From NCBI GenBank assembly GCA_004022145.1, contig RCNU01000016.1: a DNA stretch of 64,000 nt; one strand, given 5' to 3'. Positions 27,101 through 42,000 of the stretch are shown in pieces. Under the pieces are notes generated by a model. It did not search any database and was not told where the DNA came from. It was given only the letters and a program-made list of their open reading frames with translations. The translations under genes and the position numbers were made by a program. The DNA comes from Paecilomyces variotii (lineage: Eukaryota). Every line of letters starts with the position of its first letter. Position 1 is the stretch's first letter.

Positions 27101-30100
27101 ATTTAAGTATTTTTAATAGATAATCTAAGAAATAAGTTAAGGGAAGAGATATTACGCGATTTATTATCCTAAATATAAGAGTTATTAAACTAAAGCTAGA
27201 AAGGAATAATAGGTATTAGACTAGAAATAGAGAAAGCTTGCAAGAGCTATATTTAATAAATAATATTAGCTTTAGAGTAAGCAAGGAAATTAAAAGTAAA
27301 GGAATAGAGATATTTAAACTTACTAAATTAAATAAAGGAGTTAGAAGGTTATAGGGATATAGACTATCTAGAAGGTATAACTTTTTTACTATAAAAATAA
27401 AATATTTTATTAATATATAGTATAAGAAGAAATATAAAAAGGTTTATTTAATAAATATATTAAATAAACCTATAATAGCTCTAGAAGGGTTATTAGGATA
27501 AAAAGAAGTTATTAGGGAGCGCTATTATAAGAATCTCTAAAAAAGTATAAAAAAAATATATAGAGGATTTGCTAAATATATCTAGCTAAAGATATTAAAT
27601 ATTAAGAGAGAAATAAGATTAACACTAGACTATTTAAAGAACCTTATTATAGGTAATAATTTATAGCTAAAAGAGAAAGAACTATTAATAGAGATACTTT
27701 TTACTTAAGAAGCAGTCCTTGCCTAAACCTTTAAAGAGATTAGATAAATATATCTAGAAGTTATACCTCTAATTATTATTTAGACTATAGATTATAAATT
27801 ATAGCAGGTAAAAAGCTTCTTAATACTAAAGGCACTCTATAATATAATATAAGGAATAGTAAAAGAGAGAATAAATACAGGGATCCTTAAATATAATTAA
27901 GGACCCTACTAAAATCTATAGTTCTTAATAAAAAAGAAAAGCGGTAAATATTATCTAATTAATACGGCTATAGAAGTTAATTAAGTAATAATATAAGATA
28001 CTAATCTGCCCCCTTTAGCTAATAAGTTTTTAGAAGAGTTTAATAGAATGCTAGTATTAATGCTTATAGACTTATTCTTTGGGTATAATTAATTAGAGTT
28101 AGTTAAAGAATCGCGGGACTTAATAGCTTTTTATATGCTAGAGATCAGTTTAGTTTATTAAGCTAGACTATCTTAAGGATAGATAAATATAGTATAGGAG
28201 TTTATATAAGGAGTTATAAGAGTACTAGCAGATAATATTCCTAATATTTATAATGTATTTCTAAATAATATGCTAATATAAGAACCTAAGACTAATTATA
28301 AGAGGGAAGAGATACTGCTAGAAATTAGAAGGTTTATATTTAAATATATCTAGAATATTAATAAGGTACTATATAGTCTTAAACTTACAGGTTTAATAAT
28401 TATTAAGGAGAAATTATAATTTGCAGTATTAGGAATTAAAATAGTAGGCTATATATATAATACTAAAGGAAGATATCCTGAGTTAGCTAAGGTAATTAAG
28501 ATTTTAAAGTAGCTACTTTATTAGAACTTATAGGAAGTAAGAGGATTTTTAGGGATTATAGCCTATTACCAGATATAGATTAAAGGATATATTATTAAAG
28601 CTAAGCCGATATACTTAATACTAAGGAAGGGATAAAACTTCCTTTAGAGGCTAGAATAATAAAAAGCAATAAATATTTTAAAAGTAGCCCTAATAATAGT
28701 ATTAGTACTTAAGCTAATTAATTATAAAGAGAGAAGTATAATTATTATTAATACTAATACTAGTAGTAATAAATAGGGGGCTTAATTTATTTAAGAAAAA
28801 AAGAAGTCTAATAAGAGACACCCAGCTAAATATAAAAGTAGAGTATAGATATAGATAAAGAGGTAATATAATAGAGAAAAGCTAGAGTACAGGGCAGTAT
28901 TAAAAATGCTTTATAAATTCTAAGTATACCTATAGTATATACTTTTAATTAGAAGTAGATATAAAAATTCTAGTAGCGCAACTAAATAAAATAGCTATAG
29001 ACCTTCTTAGGTTAGTAATTGCTTAGTAAATTGCTTAAATTTAGCTATTTAACTTTAATATTATCTATATATTGGGAAAAAAGAACTTAGTTATAGATAG
29101 GTTATCTTAAAAGCTAATAATAAAATAAGACCTAAAAGAGGCAGAAGATAATAATATAGAGGAATTTCTAGACCTATAGTTTTATGCGGTCTATTATACT
29201 AGTATATAAGAGGTAAAATTAGATAGTATCTCTTAGTTAATACTTATATTATATTAGTTAGAAAAGTTTTTACTAATTACAGAATAGTTATAAATTATAA
29301 TAAAATTAGATAATATAGATAGAGAATAATATACTAAGTTTAAGAAAGAAGCCTTAAAGTATATAGTCTAAGATAGTATGCTTTTCTAGAGAGTATAATA
29401 AAATTAGCCTTACTATATAGTTATTAACAATAAGAAAAAGTAAAAGAAAATTTTTATAGCCCTTTATAAAGAGTATAAATATTATAAGTATAAAGCAACT
29501 TATTAAAAGGTAGCTAATTAATATTAGTAAAAAAGCCTATATAAGTATATTGCTAGATAGGTAAAGATATATAATAAGTACTAAAAAGCAAATAAAGAAC
29601 GCATAGAAGAAGCTTTATAGTTAATATTTATTCTACTAGGGAGATTAAAGCTATATTTAAATATCTGCAAGATTATACTGCTTAATAAGAGAAAGACTTA
29701 TATTACTATACTTCGGGACGACTTTAGCTGGGTTAAATATAGAGCCCTTAGTAGCCCTACTTTAAGAATTATTGCTAAATTCTTATAGGAAGACTAGATT
29801 TATTATTAGGGAGTAATAAAGATATTTATTAATAATAGAGGACTGGAGAATAAAGCTATAGTTAATATATTAATATAGAAGTATAAGATTAATTATATTA
29901 AAGTCTTGCTATATAACCTATAAGCGAATAAAGCAGTTAAAGTTATATATAAGTCCTTTATATATAGTATTAGAAAATTTATAAAAAGAATAAGAATAAA
30001 TTAAGTAGATTACTTACCGGCAGTAATCTAAGTAAATAAGAATATAGTTAAGACTTTTATAGGCTTAACACTATTTAGAGTAATTATAGAATATAATGCT

Positions 30101-33100
30101 ATACTACTAATTAAACTAGAAGTACTTATTTAAAAGACTTTAATATAGGATAAGGTTAAGACTATAGAAGATCTTCTATTTTTTTATATATAATAAATAG
30201 AGCTCTAAGATTAGGATATAGAAGAGGCCTAACTTTATATTTAATATATAAGAGAAGCTAGTAAAAAAGTCTTTAATAATAAGAAATAGCTCTATAAAGA
30301 ATAACTAATAAAAGGATAGCTTATTCTGCTTTATAATATAAAGCTTAAGATATCTTACTCTGTAAAACTAGCATACTACTAGCTTAAACTATATAGAATT
30401 AAAGAAATCCTTAGGAAAGAATCCTATAAGCTTAAGAAGTTAGATAGTATATTTTTTAGAGACCTAATTTATAGAAATTGCTTAAAAGGCTATTATCTGT
30501 AAGAGGATTAAAATAAAATATTAATTATAAGTAATAATATAGCACTTAAATAAGAAAATCAGTAACTAAGTAACAATAATAATAATATAGACTAGATATT
30601 ATTTAGATTAAAATATATAGTTATAGTTCTAGCACTCTTCTTCTAAAAATATTAGCTTAAAAGAAGAGAAGTAGAAAGCTAGTAGTAAAGTAAGATAAAG
30701 AGCTAATTTAAAAGGAGAAAAAATAGAAGAATAATAATAAAATAAGTATTAATACTATAATAAGAAGAAAAGGAAAATAAATTTAAGATAAGAGCATCTT
30801 TTTTAAGGAAGGGGAAGGATTTAAAGATACCTAATAATAATTAAGAAAGAAGAAAAAAAGAGATAACTAAAAAATATATAATATTAGCTTAAATACCTTA
30901 AAAAAGTCTATAAATAAAGCTAAAAATAGAAAATATTAGATAAAGAATATAAGTAATAAATAAAGAATTCTTACCTTATTATAAAAACCTTACTTTTTAT
31001 ATTATATAATATTATAGCAGAAGTAACTAGAGACTAAATTAAGCTAAACTTAACCCTATCTTACCTTTTAAGTATATCTTTTTATTTAAAAACTATTTTA
31101 AAGAGTTACTCTGCAAAGATATATATTAAAAATAGAAGAAAATATACTAGAAATATAAAATATTATCTATTAGGATAAAGCTCTTTAACTTAGAATATAT
31201 ATATATACTACAGTTAGTGAAATTTGTAAGCTTATAAAAGAGATAATAAGTAAGGCTAATAATAAAGAAGAAAAGGTTTAGTTTATAAGTAATATAGCAG
31301 TAATTATTTTAAATTTTTAAAGTAGATATAATGAAGCAATTAATAATTTTTATAATTTCTTAAACTAATAGGAGCTATTAGAAGAAGTAAAAAAGAAAGA
31401 AATATTAGCTGTTAATAAGCTAAAAGAATTAAAAATATAAGCAAAAAAGAACTATAAATATGCTAATAAAGATTATTATAAAGCTATAAAAAAATAAAGC
31501 TAGGAGACTATAGACTAAGTCTTGTTAATTATTAAAAAATTATACTAGACCTTAATAGCTGTAGGAGAATTAGCTTCTAATACTAGAGATTAGAGAATAA
31601 TAGCTATATATCTAGTAAGAATATAAATTAACAGACTTTATAATATTAGGAAATAAGGAATACTAATTAAAAAAAGCCTTTAACTAATTAATATTAGAAA
31701 GATAAGAGATATCTTAAGAAAAGCCCTTAGCAGAGAAGGACTAATTTTTTAAAAGCCTATTAATAAAGAGCTGCGAGAGGTTAAAATAAGAATAGGGAAA
31801 AATAATCTTTTAGAGGAGATTATAGGAGAAGAGAAAGAATATTAAATAGAAGATTTAAGTAAGAGCTTATTAATAAATCTAATATTAAATAAAGGAGAGG
31901 TAGAGTGGTTATATAGGCGGTTCGGTTCGGTTCAGGGGGGGAGTTAAACCGCCCGTAGCGGTTTTCGGTTTAGGGCAGATAAACCGTACCTAAACCGAAC
32001 CGTATACTAGTAGTTCGGTTTAAAACTAAAAAAACCGGATCGGCATAATTAGTTACTAACCTAAGTTAGATCCGGTTATATAACTATGCTCTAGCTATAT
32101 TAGGATAAATAAGCGAAAATTACAATACCGTAATTTACCGGTTTCTAATATATTTTTATTATATATACTAAATACTATAGTAATTTTATACCTCCGATAT
32201 AAGTATCGATAAATTACATAGTGTAATTTAAATACGAGGTTAAAATTACGGTTTAAATGGTTTAAACTAAAAACCACCGGTTCGGTTCGGTTCTGGTAGA
32301 CTCGCACCGCGGTTTACTAGGAAGCGAACCAAACCGAACCATAGGCGGTTCGGTTCGGTTCGGTTCGGTTTTTTCGGTTTACTGTAACCACTCTAAGGAG
32401 AGGAAAGTATAGAGGAGAAGGAAAAAAGGAAGAAGAGAACTAAGAGTCTTAAGAAGCTAAAAGGGGAAAAAAAGCTTAAGACTTAAAATAAGGGGAAATA
32501 GCTAGAAAAAGGATATAAATATAAGGTCGGCATATCTATATTAATAGAAAAGGCTATTATTAATCTAGAAGGCGAAAAAGTATTAAAATTTTTAAGAGAA
32601 GAAAGAATTAAACCTGCCGCTATATATTAAGTTTATATTAAAAAAATATAAAGCGCAATAGGACTAAGGAGTATAGAAGATAATATTCTTAAAAAAAGGT
32701 TAAAAATACTTATAGATAGTAATAATAACCTTAAATCTTAAAATATTAATGCAGACTATTAGAAATAGTTTTAATAAAAATAAAGATTTAATACTAACCT
32801 TAAGGATTATTACTGCCTGAATAAGGGGGAAACTAAAATATAGTCCTAGCTAAGTAGACTAAATATAAGCGCTAAGAAGGTTAGAGAAGTCTTATAGTAG
32901 GTTAATTCTAAGAAGATTAATTTAATCTATAAGCCTTATATATAATTATTAGCTAATATAATTAATATAAGGGAGAATATATTTATAAAAGAAGCTAGAG
33001 GAGTATTAAAAATAGTTAGAAATATAAAGCTAGTAATAATAAAGTAGTAGAAGAAGGAATTATTTAAAGCAATAACCTATTCTTATAAAAGTTTATTTAA

Positions 33101-34845
33101 AGAAATTAAACAATTTATAAATAAAACTTTTTAAAGTAAATAGGTAATAGAATCTTCTAGTAGAGCCTTAGGAACTAGTATAAAGACCTCCTTTTCTGTA
33201 GTAAACCTAGAAGACCCCTTTATTAAGAAAGAAACCAAATACCTGAAAGATATATAAAATATTAGAACTATATAGTTTAAAGATAATATAGAGGCTAAGT
33301 AGATACTAGATATATCTAGTAACAGCTAGGTTAAAGGAAGAATAAAGAGTTTTATTTTAAGAAGTCCTGAAAGCATAGAAGATAGAGATAATATAGAAGT
33401 TAAAGAATCCTTATTTAAAGACTTTCTTCCCGAGAAATCTCTAATATTAAGGATAGTTTAACTGTTTAGAGATCTTAAGTTAATTAATACAGATATTTCT
33501 AGTAATATACCTAACAGCTTATACTATAAAGCCTAAGATAACCTATATAGGGCTAAAGAGTATCTTAAATCTAAATATAGGAATAGAAAATATTTTAACT
33601 TAAGTAAAGAAGATTTTACCCTAAATAAGATATAGAACCGATATATTTAGTTAGGTATTATAATAAGAGAGAACTTTAACTATTAAGAAATAAATAGGGT
33701 TTTCCAGATTATACCCTTTAAAGAGAAACTAGCTAAAGGAATATTATAATATGCTATTATAAAAGCGAAAGCAGCCCTTTATTATAAGAAGGAGGGTAAA
33801 GGATTAGTAGGGCTTAAGAACTTATCTAAGAGTATTTTCTAGAAGGTTATTGCGCAAGATATCTAGATCTATTTAATCTAGTTAGCACTATATAGTTACA
33901 GTAAATATAAGCTGCAGGTCTAATATCTTAGGAGATATAAGCTAAGAGTATTAAATATAGAGACTGCTATCCCCAAGGGAGGAATAGGCTAAAGCTTTAT
34001 AACCCTAGGGACTAGACTAATTATTAGAGATAAGTCTGAGGAAATTATAGGCCCGAGAGATATTATACTTAAGCAGGGAAAAGTAACCTTTATTAGCAAT
34101 TTATATTAGCTAATACTAGAGAATTAGGGAATAAATCTTAATAGTATTTACTGTTTTAATTATAGGGAGTAAGATAAGATAAAATCCGACTAAGGAGGAT
34201 CTGGGCCTTTTAATATCTAGATAAATAGAGTTATAGCTATAGGTAGAGCAATACTTAGTCAGCTAAACTAAGATTGTTTAGAAGTTAAAGCAGAGCTATA
34301 CTTTATACTAAAATAAGATATATTATCAGTTTAAGATTATCTGCAGAGAAAAGGAACTTAGCTTTATAAGTTAGGGGTTTTAAAATATATATAATACTAG
34401 AAATTAGAGCATTCTTGCTTTAGGAATAATTTATAGTATTAGAAGGAGAAGATAGGGTAGACTATAATAACTAAAGAAGGTAAACAGAGGCGTTTATTCT
34501 TAGAGGAGGGGAGGCTATATAGTAGGGAAAATCGGTATAAAGAATATAATTAGTTAAGAGATTATATGCTTTTATTTAAAGTCTTTAAAAGGTCTATAAA
34601 TAAAGCAGGAGAAGAGGGAGATAATATCTTTTAGTTATTTAAAATAAAATAATTAGCTTTTCCTTTCTATTATTGTTTAGTATCAGTTTAGCATTAGATT
34701 ATTATTAGTTTACTATATTAGTCTATAGCTAGAGCTTCTCTTCTAGCTCTACTCTAAGCTCTAAAGCTAAATCCCCTTCTTTTCCTTCTTAATACCTACT
34801 CGCTTAAAGACTCTATGCTAAGTCTTAATATATCTTCCTACAACA
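24104..34845 (+). mobile_element. Family A copy 2 (inserted in C1 pol, carries a MITE)
   Basis: 328 bp LTRs 24104-24431 and 34518-34845, TSD ATAG at 24100-24103 and 34846-34849, colinear with A1 at offset about 23700. Confidence 0.95.
31901..32395. mobile_element. hAT-type MITE, 495 bp
   Basis: 13 bp TIR TAGAGTGGTTA(T/C)A, 8 bp TSD AGGAGAGG (31893-31900 and 32396-32403), dense subterminal CGGTT/AACCG repeats. Absent at the matching site in A1 and A3. Confidence 0.92.
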
Positions 34846-34849
34846 ATAG

Positions 34850-37325
34850 TATTTAAGATAAACTATTTACTATTATATACTTCTATTTAAGAATATGCTT
34901 AATAGTAAAATTAAATAAATAAATCTATATAAGCTAACTAGTAATTAAAGTATTAGGGAGATTTATAGCTAATTTATTTAGTTATACTACTAGAGTTTAA
35001 GTATTAACCTTAAGCTTAAAATAAATTCTATACAGCTAATAATAAAACTTCTTAAATATCTTTAGAACTATTTTATATTCTCTCTTTCTTATATTATACT
35101 TCTTCTCTATATTATTTTATATACTAGACTTATATTTAATAGAATAATACTTATTTTACTATTTTTATATAATAATAGCTTTAAAGCCTTTCTTATTTAT
35201 ATCTATAGCAATAATAATATTAAGTAAGTCCTAGATATAGTTAATAGAGATAATTACCTAGTCGCTTATAAAAAGCTACTTAATCTCCTTAAAGGCCGCT
35301 TACTGCTTTTTACCCTAGATTTATTCTACTCTTATTTAAAATAAATAATAAAAAGGCGCTATAATAATTCTATACTATAATATAAGAGCTTTAAAGTAAA
35401 AAGCTAATCTAAGAAATAAGTAAATTTAGTTTATACTAATACGCATAGGCTATTCTATAACCTTTTAAACTTTCTCTTTATCTATATAGTAGCTAGAATA
35501 GTTATATAATTATTCTACTATCTTTAAACCGGCTATAGTAAATTAGGACTTTTTAATAGATATAATTGCTTCAGCGAGCTTAAGAAGGTAAAGAATATAG
35601 TTAAGATTCTGAAGATATTCTAATATATATAGGCATATACTAAGAAATACTTCTTTATTATTATATTTTAAATAAGAACCTTTAATATTTATATTATCTA
35701 AGAAGATTTTAATAATCTTAAGTAAAGCTTCTAGTAGAATAAATATTATAATATACTTAATCTGCCTAATAGAGTTTATAGTACTCTAAAGAATTATTAC
35801 TTAATATAAAAGCTTAAGTAGAGTTTAAATAACTATTATATCTTTATCTTCTAGGGTAAGAGTAATTTAATTATATCCTAAAAGTAAATTAATAAGCAAG
35901 CTTAAAGATAGGCTATTAAAATCCTTAGCAAATTTATCGATATTTAGAGATATATTTATATTATAGACTATTACTTTATTAATCTATATAGCAGCGTTAA
36001 TAAGCCTATACTTACTATTCTTCTTCTTAATTAGAAACTATAGGTTCTAGTATAAACTATAATACTATTTAAGAATCCTATTTTAAAGTCTTTTATATAA
36101 TATTTAAGCTATAATTTCCTTAAGCGCTTAAAGCGGCTAAAATCTAGGGATTTACTATATTTTATATAAAATAGTCCTAATGTATTATAATAAAGCAATC
36201 TTAGGATAAATTCTCTTAATATCTTCTATAGACTATTTTAAAACTCCTTTTCTCTTATAAAGTAATTCTAATAATATAGCTCTTTTATTCTCTAAAAGTT
36301 CTATACCTATAATTAATTATTCTGCTTATTTAAGAATTAAATAAAACTCTTATATAATTATTATAATTCGCAGCTGTAAATATTTATTATATAGTATTTC
36401 TATATCTAGTATTAAGTTCTTATAATAGTATTCTAAGTACAGCTTCTGCTATCTTAAATCTCCTCTAAGTATTTCCCCGCTATTTAATCCCCCTAGGTTA
36501 ATAGGGTTTACCTTATTAGCCTTTTACTTCCTTAGTATATTAACTGCTATATAAATATAGTTATAATAGCTTATCTATAGCTTAAGGTCTAATTACTTTA
36601 ATATTCTATACTTAATACTTAAGTCTATAAGATTTAAGCGGTAAAGGAATTTTACTAGACTATTCTTAACCTCTAATTAATTAACTAATTTTACAGGTTA
36701 TAACCTATAAAATCTTAATAAATTAGAAGTCCGCATTTTTATAGTTATATATTTTACTCTAATTGCTTTAACCTAGATATATAAGCTTATTAATATTTTT
36801 ATTACTGCTTCTCTTTATCTTTTAGCAGATACTATATTAGTAAAATAATATTTACTTAAGCTTTTAAAGACTTTAGCTAAATATTCTTTATTATCTTAAT
36901 ATTTTAATTAGTTAGTCTATACTTAATAAACTTAAAGCAGTTATTTTAAATCTCTCTATAGATATAATAGAGAATAGTTCTATTATTAAGAGTTTCTATT
37001 ATAAGCTTTAACTTTACTTACTAGAGATATCTAAGAATATAATCTATATTACTTATAGATATAATAAGAATAAGAGATTATATAATAATATAACTAATAG
37101 TAATAGGTATATTCTTATAATACTCTATACAGTTTATAATAGTCTGTATTTAGACTATTATTAAGCAGTTTAAACCTAGAATTATAGGTAGGCTAAGATA
37201 TTAAATAAGCCCTAAGCTTATTATATTAATTTTAGAACTTATATTAAAAATAATATATACTCTTTTCTTATTAATTATTACTATAGTCTTTAATATCTTA
37301 ATTATATATATAGTTTCCTTATTAT
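34850..37325 (-). pseudogene. pol: C1 gag end, protease, RT and RNase H start
   Basis: De-RIP RT motifs on the minus strand, IFLDD at 35707-35693. Confidence 0.8.
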
Positions 37326-37330
37326 ATATT

Positions 37331-37485
37331 TGTCATAGAGACAAACCCCTAGACCTCGGGTCACGTGACTTGCCAGTCACGTAATACATCATGTGACTTC
37401 CTGTACTTAGACCTACTAGATCTTAGGATCTCTTCTAATTCTCTAATGAGAATAACTTTAGCATTAATCCCTTTACCCTACATTA
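37331..37485 (+). repeat. 5' LTR of D
   Basis: Matches 44991-45145 apart from C>T/G>A changes. Confidence 0.96.
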
Positions 37486-37487
37486 TT

Positions 37488-37498
37488 TTATTCTCATT
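37488..37498 (+). promoter_or_regulatory. Self-priming PBS (Tf1/sushi type)
   Basis: TTATTCTCATT is the exact reverse complement of AATGAGAATAA at 37445-37455 in the LTR; no TGG tRNA PBS. Confidence 0.75.
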
Positions 37499-37789
37499 TG
37501 TTTATTTTTTTTTATTAACTGTGACGTACTTATTAGAGAAACCTTAAGACTTAGCTTAAAAACTACGGACGATTATATCCAGCTACCGGAGACCTTGTAG
37601 TATAATAAAGGACTACGGCCGACTATAAAGCAATACTTACGGTAATTAACTATAACTTTTTATAGTGAATTATAGGAGTTAATAGTTAACTATAGACTCG
37701 CTATTAATAAACAGCAGTAAAACTAGGCTATAAATAATAAGACTCTGTCAGGACAATTCTATAATTACAATAAGATTAGGCAAAATAGC

Positions 37790-39035
37790 TATATAAAACC
37801 CAGGGCAGATCTAGATCTTAGAGAATACTGCAGGATAAGGACTATCTTAATAACAATAAGCAATACTAGGCAATAATAATACAGACAATAATAATAACAC
37901 TAATATTAGGCAATAAGGAATATCTTCTTTAGCAGGAATACAGGACTAGGGTTCTTTAACTAATAATATTATTATAAGAGCTACTGAGTTAGTAAGGCAG
38001 CTACAGGAGGGCGAGGCCGCAGCCGGATAAACTATAACAAACTAATAGACCCAACTACAGCAAAGTAACGCAATTTAAGAACTGCAATGGCAGTTAGATA
38101 TAATCATACAAAATTAACAGGCGCAGTTATTGAGTAATTAAAAATTATCGAATTAATCTGAACATACCAGCAGTTATAGATCTGGGACGACCTCATCCTT
38201 AGCATTATTAAGGAAACCTAAACTACAGCGCCCTAAGCTATTTGACGGCTTATCGGAGGAACTACATTACTAGATAGTAGAATTTGAGGAGTAGTTAGAT
38301 AATAAAGGACTTCACAATACTAAAGAATATGCCTCCTATTTATACTCTTATATAAAGGGTTAGATTAAATAACGGCTGACAATACTGAAAATTAATAACC
38401 TTAAGAATTTAATCTTTATAAACTACGCACTACTCTAGAAATAGTTGCTCGACTACTATAGGCCGGCAAATACCGACATTACAGCGGTATAGAAGATGTT
38501 TAAACTTCAACAATACTATAACTAGCCGCTACAAGATTTTATTAACAATTTTGAAATAATTATGGCGGACCTGGATTAGAATAATACTACCCTGAGTAAT
38601 GCGTTTAGTCGCAAGCTAATACCATAGATCGCTTAAGAGATTTATTAAGGCTACTTCGCCTATTCACTAGCCTTATATGCCAAATAGAAGCGCGCAGCAC
38701 AATAAGCAGAGTTATATATCTAGGAGGATTGGAGGCGCACAGAGTCTTCTCTATATAGATAAAGAGGGCGCGGCTGGATAGGGAGATAATATAATACTAG
38801 GAGTTAATTACTATAACAGGAGCTATAAGAGTTATTATAGCGGGGCCGCAGACAGAATTAATATTACCTATTTTAACCATCCAGGAGCAATAAGAAGTAT
38901 ATATTACTTAATAAGGAGTAGAAGAGACAACAAAATAAGGGCCTATATCTATATTATAGCGAGAAAGGCTATTGGGAAAAGTAATGCCTTAAGGCTTTCT
39001 AGCTGTTAGAGGCCTCCTCTACCCTAAAAAACTAA
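37790..39035 (+). pseudogene. gag: gag of D
   Basis: De-RIP RPKLFDG, CCHC knuckle CLYCSEKGHWEKQC at about 38945-38987, followed by slippery AAAAAAC at about 39026-39032. Start approximate. Confidence 0.75.
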
Positions 39036-42000
39036 AAGGGGGGGCAAGGAGACAGGCCTACTCCCCCTCTAATAGGCCCAACACCAGTTGGCTTATATTA
39101 TTACTAGAACTGACCGTCAGTACCAATATTAAGATTAACGCTTTATCCTTATATATCTCTCCTAATATGCGACTTACTATTACTATCTTAGTGATAACTC
39201 TGCTTTAATTAAATTATATAACTATATTAACAGCACTTATCGATAATAGCGCGGATGCCAACTGTTTAAATACAGCCATTATAGGCAGAATCAAGGGCTT
39301 ACAGCTAATGCTAAGTCCCTTATTACTTCTAAGCATCTCCGACATAAATAATATCCAGTTAGCACCGGCAACTAAACACTACTTTAAACTTTACTACACA
39401 ATACTTAGCAAAGAGATAGAACTGCACGCGTTTCACGCGATCCTTATATCATTCAACCTAATACTAGGACTATTATGGTTAACAGCGATAAACCCGTTGA
39501 TAGACTAAGAATAGAGATAAGTGTCTTAACAACTAGTTAAAAGACAGCGACCGGAGGAAGATCCTGACTTAGTCAAAGAGGATAACTCTAGAGAAGGATT
39601 TATATTAACGCGAAGGGTTAAGTTGCTTCTAGCAGCGATAAATTTATAGGATAAGGAGGATATTAAAACCATAGAGATACCTAAATAGTACATAGACTTA
39701 GCGAGAGTATTTAGCAAATCAGAGGCAAAGGCCCTATTTCTACAGCGACCGGGGATTAACTATAAGATCTATCTTGTGGAAGGAGCAACAATACCCTATA
39801 GGCCTTATTATTACCTTTCTGAGCAGGAATTAGAAATACTTAATGAGTTTTTTGACGATAGCTTATACTATGGAATTATCTGATTATTTATAGCTCTTTG
39901 TAGATTACCACTGCTATTTATGCTAAAAGACAAAGATAGTAAAGGTATAGATATAAGATAAGCACGCAGGATAGACCCGGACCGGAAAAAGCTAAACCTA
40001 TAACTATGCGCAGACTATTAAGCGCTTAATAAACGCACCTTAAAGAATAGATACCCAGTGCCGACTATAGATAATCTCTTCCTTTAGATTAGGGGGGCTA
40101 AGGTGTTCATAAGGTTAGACTTGCGCTCGGCCTATTACCTTATCCGGATTATAGAGGGCTACAAGTAGAAAACAGCCTTTTATATTAAGAGGGGCTTATT
40201 TAAATAGTTAGTAATGCCATTTGGGCTTTGCAACGCACCAGCGACTTTTTAAGCCTTTATTAATAGTATACTCCACGAATATATTAATAAGTACTGTATT
40301 ATATACTTAGACGACATATTAATATTCAGCATAAACAAATAAGATTATACTATATATGTCCGGGCGGTTCTATAGAGTCTGCTAAATAACCACCTATTTT
40401 ATAAATTAGAGAAATGCTTATTTTTAGTAATAAGGGTTATATTTCTAGGATTTGTAATAATAATAAAAGGAATGGCTATAGATACTTACCGGTCAGACAT
40501 AATCACTAGCTGGCTAACGCCTACCTCCACATCGGCCTTAGTTTATTTCCTGGGGTTCGCCAACTTTTATAGGCGATTTATTTGTCACTATAGTAGGATT
40601 GTTTTACCACTAATAAGGCTTACTAAACAGAATGTGCCTTTTATTTGGGACTATAACACAGAGATTAGTTTTAAAGAGCTGAAGGAATAATTTACAAAAG
40701 CCCTATTACTGCGCCATTTTAACTTACTTAGGCTAAGGATCCTAGAAACAGACGCTAGTGGCTTTGCGCGATCGGCTATATTAAGCCAAGTTTTTGAAGA
40801 TAGAGAACAGCACCTAGTAGCATTCTACAGCATAAAGTTCACCAACGCAGAATTATGTTGGCCGATATATAAATAAGAACTATTTACTATAGTGGATGTA
40901 TTTAAAGTATGGCGACATTTCTTAATCGGTACTAATAAGCCGGTCGAAGTGCTTACCAATCACAACAATCTCAAGCATTTCCTAACAATAAGGATCTTGA
41001 CAAGGAAATAAGCAAGATAGGCCGAATACCTCGGACAGTTCTACTTCTGCATCAGACATAGACCAGGGAAGAAAAATCCCGCAGATAGACCTTCTTAAAG
41101 GGATAATTATAAATTACCGCAGACACCGTATAACATATTAATACAACTACTTTAACTAGGGGCGACATATTGTAGAGAGGGACGACGACATATACAGGTG
41201 ATAATAATGGAATTATATAAGGATAATATAACCGCGACCGATAACCCGGCCGCCCCTAGACCTTTTTTATGGGACAGGATTAAGTAAAGCTATAATAACG
41301 ATACCAAAGCAGTAGTAAACTCTTAGCCTGATGTATACTGGGATAATAATAATAAGGTCTATTACTATAACAGAACTAAAGTCTGCATACTAATAATAGA
41401 CTTATAAACAGATATACTTAAACAATTTTATAACTCCCGCTCTGGAGGCTATTTTAGCCAGGAGGCAATTATAGACAGAATCTGCAAATAGTTATTTTAG
41501 CCAAACCTAGCTAAGATAGTAGAAGACTATATATAAGAGTGCCTGGCATGCCAGAGGTCGAAGGCAGCCCGTATAATATATGGAAAGCCCACTGCACTTC
41601 CAGTTCCCAACAGACTATAGGACTATATAGCTGTAGACTTTATAACAGGGTTACCAGAGAGCACTAATATACATAGACTAGAGTATTCAATTATATTAGT
41701 TTTCATTGACCGTTTTAGTTACATAGCGCACTTTACAGCCTGCGCTGCGGATATCAACTCGATAACATTTATATATCTTTATATTAATGCTGTGTATAAA
41801 ATCCACAGCCTTTAGACGTTTATTATTTCGGATAGGGGCTCCCTATTTATATTCTTATTCTGGATAACACTATCGAAGGCATTAGATGTCAATTATTGAC
41901 TCTCTACGGCTTTCTATCTACAGACAGATAGTGCAACAGAGAGACTAAACCAGACACTAGAACAGTACCTGCGAGTGTTCACTAATTAAAAACAGAATGA

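Noticed and set aside
32095-32307. 70 aa ORF in the track
   Set aside because: Lies within the non-coding MITE and partly translates its subterminal repeats; no domain.
37365-37547. 60 aa ORF and its twin at 44986-45180
   Set aside because: Chance frames across the D LTRs that run into different flanking sequence.
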